DNA of 34,557 bases from Perkinsus chesapeaki ATCC PRA-425. Taxonomy: Eukaryota > Protista > Perkinsozoa. The DNA lies in assembly GCA_013115145.1 (NCBI GenBank), contig JAAPAO010000379.1:1-34557 (forward strand), written 5' to 3'. The notes below the pieces were generated by a model that was not told where the DNA came from, made no database searches, and saw only the letters and a list, made by a program, of their open reading frames with translations. This document shows, one piece after another, positions 10,306-22,173 of this stretch. Every line of letters starts with the position of its first letter. Position 1 is the stretch's first letter. A program made the position numbers and the translations under genes.

Positions 10306-13300
10306 TCACTCCTCTCGTTCCTGACTAATCTCCCTCATTAGCGACCTAAGCTGCGCTTGTGTTGCTGCGGCCGGCGCAAGCACTCTGTCATAGTACCTAC
10401 AGGAGATAGGATCTCCGTGACACATCTTGCGCAAGAAGATCGTACAAATCTTCTCGTGACAAATATAACAATTAAATGGCCGATGAGAACGGATCGGTTT
10501 CTCATTGAGTTGTCCTAGGAAAAGGACGCGCACTGTTCAATTCTGGCATCTTAAACCATACGTGGGGATTTGCATGAGAAAAGCGCACCCACAGTACCGT
10601 CTTGGTCGTAACGAGGGTACTCACTCATGTCTGGGGATGCTGATCGAGGATGTCGATCGCTGTTGTGACCGCACTAGGGTACTAGAGTTCATCGAGCCCA
10701 ACGGACCGATACTTCGGATGCTAGACGCTATTTGTTTTTGTCTGAAGCAAGAGAGGCTTTATAAGGAAGGCTCAATCAAACACTTGCTAGACTCGGCCAA
10801 CCAGAGGGCCTCCAGCCTTGGAGGCTCCAACCGAAACGTAACGCAAATACGACTGGCGCAGTACTCCATAAGGAACGAACCGCGCGTGGGGCAAACAGAG
10901 AATCGAAGAACTGATCAAGCGACGCCTACTATAGCTCGAGGGCTCGCTCACTTGGGGTAATGCATGGCATTAACAACCTCGCTCATCTTCTTGTAAAGCT
11001 GACTTATCATTTCGCGATGCTCCAGTCTATCGGCATCCATACTTCGCTGGATCACCTCATCAACTAATCTACAGCGGATCATGGGGAATCCAGCCATTAT
11101 GCAAAGCTAACCCGCGAATGTGCCTCTGAAGATTGGGATCGCTCAGCATATCTTCTTGCTTCTCTATTCGCAAACTTAGCTCCATCAACGAGCTCATAAT
11201 ACGTCGGAGGCGATCGGCGGTCTCTGCCGACTTCGATTCAATCTGAAAAGGATCAGCTTTGTCAGATCCGGCGGATTTCATTTACCTCTTCCTTCACGAT
11301 CTGGAATTGCCCTTTCATCCGTTCGTCTGAAGATGCTTGCACTCCCTTCACGTGGCAATCTAACTGTAATGGAGAGCGCTAAAACTGTAAAGCCAGGAAA
11401 CACTTACCTCCTCAGTGATCCTTATCAGATCGGACTCGAAGCCTCGCATCAGAGAAGAGCGCGAATCTATCAGATTCTCCATGACGCGCTTCTAGACGAG
11501 GTCAGTAAAGACACTGCTCTACGAGTAACCCCACCTCCAGATCGCCTATCTGTTCGGTGACGAACTTTGTTGTGTTTGTCAAAGCGAGGTTCAAGCGCTC
11601 CTTATTGTCAGCCTAAGAATTGTGATTCTCCTGATGACTCTCCAAGACCGCCGTACTAGCGCCCTCTCGAGCTCTGTACACTGCGTTTTCATATTCCCTA
11701 ATTCCCGCTGGCCACGGTCGGCTTTCTCGGACACACCGCGTATCTCGGCGCGGATTCCCTGGGGGCCATCCAGTGCCTGCTAGTGACAGACGCGGGCGGC
11801 CAACGATGGTCGCTCCTCACCGACCTTCTCGAAGTCATTTTGCATGTCCTCTTTGAGTGCCTTCCGCATCTCAATTTGCTGGTCCTCAACTTTCTCTATC
11901 CTTTTCGTGATCTCAAGTACCTTGTCGAAAGTGTTCGATTTTCCAGTGAGCTTGAATCTTCGTCTCCCCGTAAACACTGCACATCGGATTTTCTCACCGT
12001 GCTCTGGCTGGCATTAGCGTTTTTCTCGGTCAGTGTCCGCATTTGCTCTTCAAGGTTTTGGGACTGTGCTTTCACCACCGCGGTGGTCTGCCATACGGCA
12101 TACTTGCAATCCTCCCGCTTGCCGCTCACCTCCTGTCGGAGAGTTTTCACTTCCCCCGTGAGGTCCCCAACGCTCTGGCCTATTTCATTTTTATGTCGCT
12201 GCAGCTCAGAGTTGGTCAACTTCTGTCTGCTCTCCGTTTTAGATGCTAAATCACGACAGCCACTTCTACTGCTCGACTGCCCAACAAAATCAGCTTCTTC
12301 GTTCTCGCTTGACTAAGGCTTCGGTTGCTACACGGCCGTCGCCTTGCTTTCCTCAGACCAGCTTTGTGTCCCCCTGCAGGCCATTTCTTACCTTCCGCGC
12401 GCAGATCATGTATGTCCTCTACGATTCGATCGACACGCTCGCTGATCTTTCTCTGTGACTCGGCGACATTGCCGACGCTCTCTTGCACAATGAGCAGTTC
12501 ATCTACATGAACAGTCTAGAGCACTAAGGTATCCCCTCCGAAGCCGACGTAGCCTATATAATAATCTAATCACTACATCGCAAAGCGAATAAAACCAAGT
12601 CAAAGCTCCCAAGTATCTTTTCGAGGCTTTGCCCACCCGGAAAGTTTCAGGCTTCGCCGAAAATCGTCTGGGTTGCAGTGATTGTGAGTCGGCACTCGAT
12701 ACGGCGTGGAAATATCATTATTGAGGCACGTCACAGTTCAGAAGATGCTTTCATCTGGATCTAGAGGACAATTTATGACACCCTTAACCGTCGCCAGACA
12801 TCACAGTGAATGTTTCACTGTGATCCCATTAGCATATGGCTTGGAGACGATGCAGATAGTCCTCACCTGTGAGTCGGTTCTCTATTCCTCTAATCCTTTG
12901 TCTGATCTCAGCATCATTAGCTGAGTGAGAATGATCTAATAGCATCGCAGCGATAGCGACACAAAGGAACTGTTTGTCATTCGCCTACTGTGTATCGGCG
13001 AGCTGGCTTTACGTCCATCAATTTCTCTCCTGAATTCATCCAAACGGTCCTCAACATTTTTCATGACCTATGTAGCTTCTGTCTGAAGCCCATATTGCAG
13101 GCCCACCTGCAACCTGATACGACCGGGGGACACACACCCCTGAGATTCTCTCCCGACATTGCCGCTCGACTCGAGGGATTCGACACGTGCATTCAAGTCT
13201 GTCACTGTGGCTCTGATGGGGTCTATGGCATCAGTGAATTTATCAGTGCTTTTCCTGAGATTTGTTAGCAGTGGATCGGCATCAGTTCGCCATGTGGGCC

Positions 13301-14390
13301 ATTGTGCAGCGAGGACCGAGAGATTTACCGTAGCAGAGCTTCCACCCGTGAGATGCGATGGTCAACTTGTGATTCGTTATTATTTAAACGTTTGACAAAG
13401 TCACTGCTGCACCCTTCCACAACTAAAAGACAAATGATGACCTAACTCCCTTGTATCAGGTTCGATGGGTTCGCTGAGCTCACGTCGTCTCCTCAAGTGC
13501 TGCGGTGAAGCCGAAACACCCAAGTTGTCCATTGGCACGGAACGCATGAATGTGACAAATGAATGATCGATCCAATAATTTCAAAGCCTCCCCATGGAAT
13601 TGACCCGACCTGTGTTGAGCTCCTTCAAGAGCTTTCTCTCCAGTCTATGAAGATGCTTCTCAGAAGCCTCTGTTATCTGCAAGCTTAGATTAGATCGAAG
13701 TATCTTCAGGGCTTGTCCGACATCCTGAAACCGACATTCGGTTCCGACCGTCAAGGTATTAAATTGTGAGATGTTATAATCGACTATAGTATGGCACACG
13801 AAGCCATTGGGTCGACTTTGCCACCTGTTCGGTTTTGGCTTCACTTTCCTTCACTATTTTCACTATCTCTTCAACTTGCTGTTGTACGTGTCTTTTAAGA
13901 TTATTTTCTGTTGCTCGCCTCTCGTCGACTTCCCGAGCGAAGTTCTGAGATGGTCTGTTCTCGTTTGCATTGCTGCCTCCAGCACCTTCGCGAGGCGTTC
14001 GAGCTGTCCCGTGAGCTCCTGGCATTTCTCAGAGAGCTCGGCAATGCTCTTCTCCACCTCGCCTGCATTGCGCGATGCCTAAATAGTCAGCCCCTGCCTT
14101 TACAGATACTAATTAGGCACCTACTCCAGCAAACGACCTCCCCAAAGGGCTATCGTTCGGAGTGCTAGACAAGCCTGCCGCTCTGAGAAGGTGCGAGCGT
14201 GTTGGTGACGGAGAAGGCCGACTGCTTCCTGCAAGAGCCCAGTTTCACTCTACTATGGTGCGAGAGCTCTCAATTAACAATGACCGAAAAATACATCCAA
14301 TCCACTTGAAGAGAGTTAGATGTTGTTGACAGAGCTCTACTACTAATATAGATTACCACTCGGACTTCTCCTGGCGGTAGGCGAACTCCT
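10306..14390 (-). CDS. Large multi-exon coiled-coil hypothetical protein (ends approximate)
   Basis: Successive minus-strand heptad-rich, E/K/R/Q-rich segments bounded by AG/GT: MEKSIAELSEKCQELTGQLERLAKVLE; NFAREVDERRATENNLKRHVQQQVEEIVK; VMKNVEDRLDEFRREIDGRK; VAESQRKISERVDRIVEDIHDLR; VLEITKRIEKVEDQQIEMRKALKEDMQ; LVDEVIQRSMDADRLEHREMISQLYKK. It may be one or two genes. Confidence 0.55.
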
Positions 14391-15473
14391 GTGAGGTACA
14401 CTTGAATGGGTTCGCATTGCTATTTAATTTACAACTGAACCACAGGCGAAGCTCGAGTTGTTGGTATCACTTCAACGGCGTTTAAGATGATGCGTAGTTA
14501 ATACACTGTATTAACTGTGTCCAACACACTCGCCACAGGTGGCCGCGAATGGTCCTAGAAGATCGTAGATGGTCCTGACAGTGCACACACCATCTACGCA
14601 TCTGACAGTGCACACTGACAGACACGACAGTGCAGCAGCACGGTTGGAACCTTGCTGGGTTCCGTCAACCACTACTGTGCCACTAGCTTATCCACGGGTA
14701 AGGGAGCCCCTTTTTAAGGTCGTTAATATTATCAAATTAATGAAGAGTGTGAAATGATAGGATGCATGGCGTATTAAATCATGAGCTCTCCTGACCTATA
14801 AGGCGTTCTTGGTTCAAGTCGATGCCAAATAGAATACCCGCAACAGCAACGAACACTGTGTTCTTAACACAACAACCCGATGGTGATGAGAGACTAGAGT
14901 ACACTAACCGATCGACCAGCGAACACGATTCACTGGTCTGCAGATTAACTTGATCGACATCAACACACGCGGGAGTCCCGAGTCGAGACGAGATTGTTAC
15001 ATGCTGCATGTGTCCAATCACGTAGATGATCAACGTTTTACGTTCCATGGAGAACGTGCGACTTGAAGGGTAATACTTGAAAAGTTGTCTCCATGCGTTT
15101 GTCTTCGACCCATCCGAAAAGACCATACAAGCATTGGTTCTCATCAGTGAGGGTCTACCCTGAGTCAGCTTCTATTGAGTATTTCGTCCATCTCCTTCTA
15201 TTGCACTGGCCAATGGTCTCGAAACAACAGCGAGGGTCAGTGGTTCGTTTACACTCGGACCCGTACAGAGACATCGTGCTTCAGTCACGGAGCTGGTCAC
15301 CGGCGGTGACCTAATCAGCAATGCGCCCACAACGAGCTTTGCAGAGGTTGCAATCTGTAGAAATATGTGAAACTGTCGGCGCTCGTCGTAGAAGCTCAAT
15401 ACAGTGAAATCTTATGCTTTCGAGGACTATCCGCAGACAGCCTCTATTCTCAGCCCCCATCGCGGTCTTACTA

Positions 15474-15902
15474 ATGCCTCGTCTGTTCAACCTCTTCGCT
15501 CTGATGGTCCCCGCTGTGATGAGCGAATGGCTCCAACGATCTACTCAGGCTACCCCTCGTCCAACTGGCGACTACGTTAGTGATGAAACAGAAGCCCATG
15601 GACTGCTCACGTTCAGCACTTCGAATACATTCGACATGGATGTGGTGATTCTAGACTGCCCGATTAATGTACAAGGGTTGAAGTATCAAGTTGTTCATGT
15701 AGCGGGTGCGACTTTCGACGTTACGGTCAACTATGCGGGCACTGATCTCGAGCAGAAGGTGCGCTCCTGTGATAACCCGCAAATTCTTGTCGAGGACTTC
15801 AACAGACTTGAGTTCTACTTCGATCCACTCGAAGACGAGAATGATATTGAGTTGAAATCCAGCACCGGTGAATGGGACGGCACTTTCTACCACGTTTACT
15901 AG
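15474..15902 (+). CDS. Small intronless secreted protein, 142 aa, beta-rich
   Basis: ATG 15474 gives a signal-peptide-like MPRLFNLFALMVPAVMS, then PRPTGDYVS, alternating beta-strand patterns and two Cys in an uninterrupted ORF. Confidence 0.75.
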   Translation: MPRLFNLFALMVPAVMSEWLQRSTQATPRPTGDYVSDETEAHGLLTFSTSNTFDMDVVILDCPINVQGLKYQVVHVAGATFDVTVNYAGTDLEQKVRSCDNPQILVEDFNRLEFYFDPLEDENDIELKSSTGEWDGTFYHVY

Positions 15903-16448
15903 ATGCACTCGCTCCAGTATTAGTTTAACTCACATCGGTCCTCTGTTATGCACACCTGTGGATCTATGTATACTTGCTCGCGCTTGCAGCTGATGAGCAC
16001 GCAAGTACACGGGTGGATTGGTTGACCAATGGAGCCCTCTACTCTTTAAATTATTATTATCCCTTAACAACATAGTTTTGGGTTACTTGTAGGATCGTTT
16101 AGTGCTAACAGCTTTTGGCTTTTTCGAGAGCGATGTTCTATACTTGCGATAGTCCAAGTTCGCATCGGTCGTCGACTACACGAGGTAATAGACTTCGAGT
16201 CAAAAGGATACGCCTTTGGCCATGCTTGCTCCATCCCCTCCCACTTGTTCAGATCACGGTTAGTGGTGCCAGGAAACATTATTAACTAGGGAATCAATGC
16301 CATGACCTACAGCCTCCCTCAGATGACTTTTCTTGAACGCATTTTTTGCTGCCTGTTGCGGTTCGTTAATTGACCCTCACTAGATAATATGCAAGTCGAA
16401 TAGAAACGAGATTGCCAGTATCCTAATGTACAATCGTCAGTGCTTTCT

Positions 16449-19400
16449 TTAATATGGCGCACCTCGCTTTCCAGATCCACCATGGTCGGCTGAAACGCAC
16501 ACCAAATTCGCCACTTCAATTCCAAACATGCTTACAATGCGCAGTCACTTTACTCAGCGGAACACCCAGCGCCCGTGCACACGCTTCCTCCTCGCCCTTC
16601 TTGATCTAATACCGTTGAGAAATTGCAAGTGGGAGCAAGATTACAAGATTTACCTGGACCTTCAGTCGTTTGCCCGTAGTAGTGGTGAAACCATCCATTT
16701 TGTCGCAGGCCTTCAAAGCGCTCCCCGCATCGTGGAATGAAACAAATCCGTATCCTTTCGACTGGTTCCTTTGAGAGTCGATAATGACCCTAAAATGACC
16801 ACATAAAATCTTCCGGGTGCGAAAGATACGTCTGCCCTACCTCGTGGTGCTGATAGACCCACACGTGCAAAATTCTCGGACCAAATCAGCGTCGGTCCAC
16901 TCCATTGGGATATTATAAACGAAGACGTTTGCTAAAAGGCGCCCAGAAATGTAGAGCAGGTCGAAGCAACAACAGCAGCAGCCTACCCCCTAGAGGACCA
17001 TCCCGTTTCTGCTGTTGGGACCGTGGAGTCTGCTGCGACCCGTAACCGCCGCCGTAACTGATATGGCGTATCTTTCGAGGAAGAGGTGGATCTTCTTACT
17101 TTCTGTCGTTCCTTGGCTGTGAGGGGGGTGGAGGAGGCGGCCCCATGTTTTGGAACTGAACAGGAGAAGTAAGCCACGAAGGCTTCTAGCGATGGTTGAA
17201 GGTACGTGGCCATCACCGATGCCGGAGGTGGAGGTAAATCTCGAGAAAATTTCTGATTCGGACAACACTGGAGAGCGCCTCGGTTGTTTTTGAGGAGGAA
17301 AGTGTGGATTAGAGCAGAGGAACATGAACCGTTATCCAAATGCCGTTGAAACCATACCACATACCTTTACTTTACGGTTGATAATTTATTTATTTATCTG
17401 GAGGCACAGCATCTCCTGCTAGGCAGTATGGCTGTGTGGTACACGATGCCTTTCGGATATAGATCTCGCATCCGCTTACTGTTTATACCAACCGTGATAG
17501 TTTCAACTTTCACGGTTGATAATAGACGCGCGATGAACCAAGTATTCCGCATTAAAGAAAGTACGTTAATAACATTGAAGAAGAGCTATTTAGGGATTCA
17601 GAACTGAGGAAGGTAATCGAGAGATAATCCACCACTGAACCGATGTCCTTATGAACGAGGTGCTTGAAAGGTGTTATTCTCCCATGATACCTCATACGGA
17701 ACTTCCCACTGTGTCTGGCCAGTTCGAGCATTGTGATAATAGTACTTTCCATCAGGTTCATTCAGATACCTACCCAAAGATACTTTCGAGGTCGACATGC
17801 GCAAGCCTGCTTGACCTACTCCGTCCATTCTCCGGCCCGTCGCGGTTGCGCGTTGGATGGCTGAAAAACAGAGGCAAATGTAAATATTCCAGTAATGACT
17901 CCTAATTAATAATAACAATAGTTCTTCGGAAATACTGATCGGAGGGTTTCGCAAATGGTGGAACCAGACGGAGCTCTAAGATACCGAAAGATTCTGCCCA
18001 GAGATAACCCCATGCAAGGGGACAGATTGCACAAAAGCTGACGTGATGGAGATATACAAATATGAAAAAACGTCAAATGCTCAAATTGAGAATATAAGAC
18101 GACTTGATAAATGATACCAAAACTAATAGGAAGCATCAAACACGATATGAAGATGAGATGAGTAAGATGCTCCTTAGAATATCTGACTCTATTATACTAG
18201 TCCAACAAGGCAGATACCAAAACAGAATAAACAGATAAGTATTGATTCCTAAGTACACCAAAACTTAAACAGGTGAAGAAGACGTCGATCAAATGTGTTC
18301 CTTCGAAGATTCCCCCTATATCATCCCAACCAAGCCAGTGCCGCAGCCAAGGCATCCAACACATTATTTATGCTCACCAACGGCTGCTGCTGCTGCTGTT
18401 GAGAGTACCCTCCTCCTCCTCCTCCTCTTCCTCCTGCCGACATCGAGCCATAGCCACCACTCCCTCCAGAATACCCTCCAGACTGCTGTGATCGCGTATT
18501 GTTCATATCTTGCCGATGAGTATCTCTGAATTAATAGAAACACCGACAAGTGGGAACATTATTTATTTCAGTACAAAAGTGAGGCGTATCTTTTTATATT
18601 AGCAATGCAAGCATGGCATCTCAAACCCGCGTGAAAAAAGTGAGTTCAGATATTTTCCAGCCCAAACCTCAGAGCCAAATGCTGCATACTTCTATCCATT
18701 ACGGAAAATACGGTATACACAGCGTGGGCTGCAGCCATGAATTTTACAGCAAAACCGTGAATCACGAAACGCTTCACTCCGCCCTATCACCTTTGTTCCT
18801 TCGATTCTGCACATTTAACTGCTATAGGACGGTCGCAATTAGGGAATGTATATCTATCGTGCATCTTCTCAATGGCCCGTAGAGCATCCGACTTCTTAGA
18901 GAACCTTCAGGCGACCCGGGTTCGAATCCCCCAAGCGACATTTTATTATTACCTCACAAAAGCCGCCTTTGTTGCCCCTGGCCTTCTCGGCTGAATACAG
19001 TACGCCTCCGTCACTGTGCCGTAACTACCATCATATGCGATTTGCATGCCTGCGCAAAACCTACTCGCTGAAAACCCGTTTGAGCTCGTCGTCCTCCAGC
19101 GCTACTGGAACCTGAAAATTTTCGCCCATTAAAAAAACAAAATCTCAAAACGTTAACGAGGCGGATCACTTCAACGATGATCTACATTTCTCACCCAATA
19201 CATAGTTCAACATAATGGTTCACATTTCCATACAGGTACCTTTGGATACCTCCTTGCCTTTTTTCAGTCAAACTTTACGACTTCCTTATTGAGATGATGA
19301 TCCACATTTCAGTAGGGTGGAGAAACTCGCTGCATTTTCTTCTTAGAATACCACTCGGGTTTCTTTCCTCACGATAATTGCCCAAATGCATCGACAACCA

Positions 19401-20466
19401 GTCAACTCAATTTGAAAGTGAAACTCAGTCCCCCGATTATTACATTCGCAATAAAAAGTTTCTGAGCCACTCCTTCCGTGTCGTCAGGCAAGCTTAGTCG
19501 CTCCGGCTCTCCGTTAGCGTATTGAATTTGGAGAGGGCCCGCATTCTGAGAGAGAAAATGCACCATGCAAAACATGACATGTGTCAAGTGGCTATTATAT
19601 CTCCTCTTCCGTATCACTAGTAACATATTTCCTATCAAACTCCTTTCTATTATATCTCCTCCTCCGTATCACTAGTAACATATTTCCTATCAAACTCCTT
19701 TCTATTATATCTCCTCCTCCGTATCACTAGTAACATATTTCCTATCAAACTCCTTTCTATTATATCTCCTTTTCCGTATCACTAGCAACATATTTCCTAT
19801 CAATCCCCCCACTAAGACCCCGCCATATTTCGATTACAGTATTCCCATCTATTACCTCATTAACCGTTCGCTTTCCTGCCAGCCCTTCGATCGCTGCTGC
19901 TGCCTCCTGTATAGCGCCATACTTGACAAAGGCGCAACCTGGTCAGAATTATTTCGCTCCTCCCTTGAGATTCACTATCACCATATTTCTGCCCCTTTCC
20001 AGGGTTACTCTTCGGCCGGATAAGGCTGATCTCGTCCACTTCGCCATACCTTAACAACCAGCATTCAGTTCATTCGGACATTCAAGTGCTAACTACAGAG
20101 ATTCCGGCATGAATAAAAAGAATTCTCATTACTGTAAAGGCGTAATGATAAGTCCATAGTGATACTGACGAGCGATACTCTCAGATGCACCATGGGATAC
20201 TGTATATCCGCTACAATAATTATTAACAGTTTAATGATATGCCTGTAAGAATAGTTTCACCTGAAATTTAATCCGTAGACCCACAGAAGGGTGCGCTACA
20301 AAATACAGTTCACGCACAGGATTGAAGTTACCCGACCAGCACCTTAATATGAAGCTGCCCTTGCCCTCCCCTATTACGGTGAAAATAGGCTACGGACATC
20401 GTCCTCAGCCCAATCTGGAGGAAGCTTACCGACGAACAACTTCACTGGTATGCGGACATCAGACAT
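16449..20466 (-). CDS. CELF: CELF/Bruno-like RNA-binding protein, architecture RRM1-RRM2-G/Q-rich-WW-RRM3
   Basis: Phase-consistent exons: MSDVRIPVKLFVGKLPPDWAEDDVRSLFSP|YGEVDEISLI...KYG|CAFVKY; GPLQIQYANGEPERL...QKLFIAN|VPVALEDDELKRVFSDYG...AAFVRFSKKSDALRAIEKMH...RPIAVKCAESKEQR; WW domain GEWTE|YLNEPDGKYYYHNARTGQTQWEVP; DGPLG|ANVFVYNIP...SKGYGFVSF...GKRLKVQ|IKKGEE; terminal RGAPY*. The RRM3 and PY* end are typical of CELF proteins. Confidence 0.9.
18908..18944 (+). other. tRNA 3'-half-like fragment (variable loop plus T-arm/B box plus T run) inside a 48-nt CELF intron; not a full tRNA
   Basis: CAGGCGACCCGGGTTCGAATCCC-CCAAGCGACA-TTTT. No complementary 5' acceptor strand or D arm is present upstream. 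Confidence 0.35.
19592..19803. repeat. 55-bp minisatellite, about 3.8 copies, in a CELF intron
   Basis: GTATCACTAG recurs at 19611, 19666, 19721 and 19776. Confidence 0.96.
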
Positions 20467-21162
20467 TAGAATGAACCAATACCAAGAAGAAGAATCATTA
20501 ACACTACCAACCCAACACTGCATCTCATTGACACTTTAAAAGGCTGTAACACATCCATGCTATACCGAATGGATGGAGAGTCCTGTCATTTGTCGGTCTT
20601 CGTATTGAATTAATATTTATTGTACATGTACACGGAAAAGTGCTCTCACTACCCAGTATTGCCTTAAACAGCTACAGGGTGCTTATTTATCAACGGCCCA
20701 TGTATTATTGGTAACGAGTTTGCACTTCAGACTAATACGATTCGAAAGCCCTCGCCTTAACACTGATGCTAGTCCACAAAAAAGACCATCTCGGAGCTCA
20801 TATATGGTATTAGGTAGAGTAACTCTAGGGTAAACTAAGTCCGGGCCGTTCACACAATGCAAGGACGTGTTGAATCAGAGGTAATAATAAGAATAAAAGT
20901 AAACCGGTCCAAACTTTGGACTCCAAAGTACCCTGTATATTACTATTCAAGAGCCCTCACCACCTATTTATTTCAATATCAATCACAGGCTCGTATATGA
21001 GACTGCTCCCCCGCTTCATCTATCAAATTAAGCAGTAATAGTAGTACAAAGCGTAGAGGCCCAATGGCCAGAGTCAATTCGATAAGAAAACGGTTTGATC
21101 GATAACACTGGGGCGCGCGCTCTTACTGAGCGCATAATCATTTGCGACCGTCGTTAGCCAGT

Positions 21163-21804
21163 ATGGAGGGGTAAGCAACGTTGGCTTGTCTAGTAACCTT
21201 ATTCCGGATTTCAGAACGGATCTCCTCTACGATAGATCGTGGGGTGATGAAAACGTCGTTCCAACGACGACTGGCTTCGCGACCACCGTAGCAGCTGCTC
21301 GCAACGCAGACACTACAGTCAGTCCTGCCAGAGCGAATTTAGCGGCGGCGATAGAACGGTTCAACGGGACCTGGAGCACAGGGGGGTAAGAATCATACGC
21401 GTAGCCTACGAGTCGTAGGTTCTCTGCCCCTTCTTTAATTTTCAATTATTGATCCTACATCGTTTTCCCAGCGCCTCGCTTCTACAGTGGAAGTTCTACT
21501 GAGCGTCGTTTAATTGCAAGGCTCTTCCATTTGGAGCTCATAAATTATGAGTCATAATGCTTCATGCTGCTCAGCCTCTTAACTTAAGAGTCTTAAGCAG
21601 TTTATTTTGTTCAGAATCGTTGCAAGCATCATCGGAACCACGATATCCTTGCTCATAACCATGTATTGCTACTGGTGCTGCCGCAAGCTTCGTCGCAGGA
21701 TAAATGGCAAGATTGCCAAAAGATGGAGCAGAGTTGCCGAGGAGAAGGCCGCCGCTAGGGCTGAAGTGAAGGAGACTGAAATTGAATATGTTGAACATGT
21801 CTGA
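21163..21804 (+). CDS. Small single-pass membrane protein, 3 exons, about 130 aa
   Basis: ATGGAGGG|gtaagc...ttcag|...TTTGFATTVAA...NGTWSTG|GIVASIIGTTISLLITMYCYWCCRKLRRR... gives a Thr-rich N-terminal part, one TM helix, a juxtamembrane Cys cluster and a basic stop-transfer segment. Confidence 0.6.
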
Positions 21805-22173
21805 CATTGATTTTTGGCATAGTATATCTTACTCCGTAGAGTAGTAGTACTACTGTAGTACTGATGTACATGACAATGGTGTATATATAACATTAATGAA
21901 AGCTCAATGTTGGGTTAATCTCAAACGTCGATTAACAATCAGTCAAAGACCCACTAGGCCATTCACCTGGAGGGGTTGCGAGTTGACCAAGTGTCTCCGG
22001 AGTTGTGTGCAGAAATCCTGATGGGTGATTCAAATGGGGTCTTGGCTGAAGATTGACGAGGGAAGTCTATTCTCGGGGGCTAATGCGTGACAGAAGTTAT
22101 GTATCGTATAAGTCCTTCTTGCATCTATTCGTTTTAGTGTGTCGACAATGTCAGTTATTTAACCCAATAAGTA

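Noticed and set aside
11698-14082. Coiled-coil ORFs as a retrotransposon gag
   Set aside because: The segments are separated by canonical short introns, and there is no zinc knuckle, protease, RT or LTR.
14400-14414. 13/15 match to the second Harbinger-like TIR in right-end orientation
   Set aside because: It faces the wrong way to pair with 24431, has no CWG flank and no CCGAG subterminal motifs, so it is probably chance.
14779-15399. Minus-strand ORFs of 121 and 75 aa
   Set aside because: No recognisable domain and no consistent splice model could be found.
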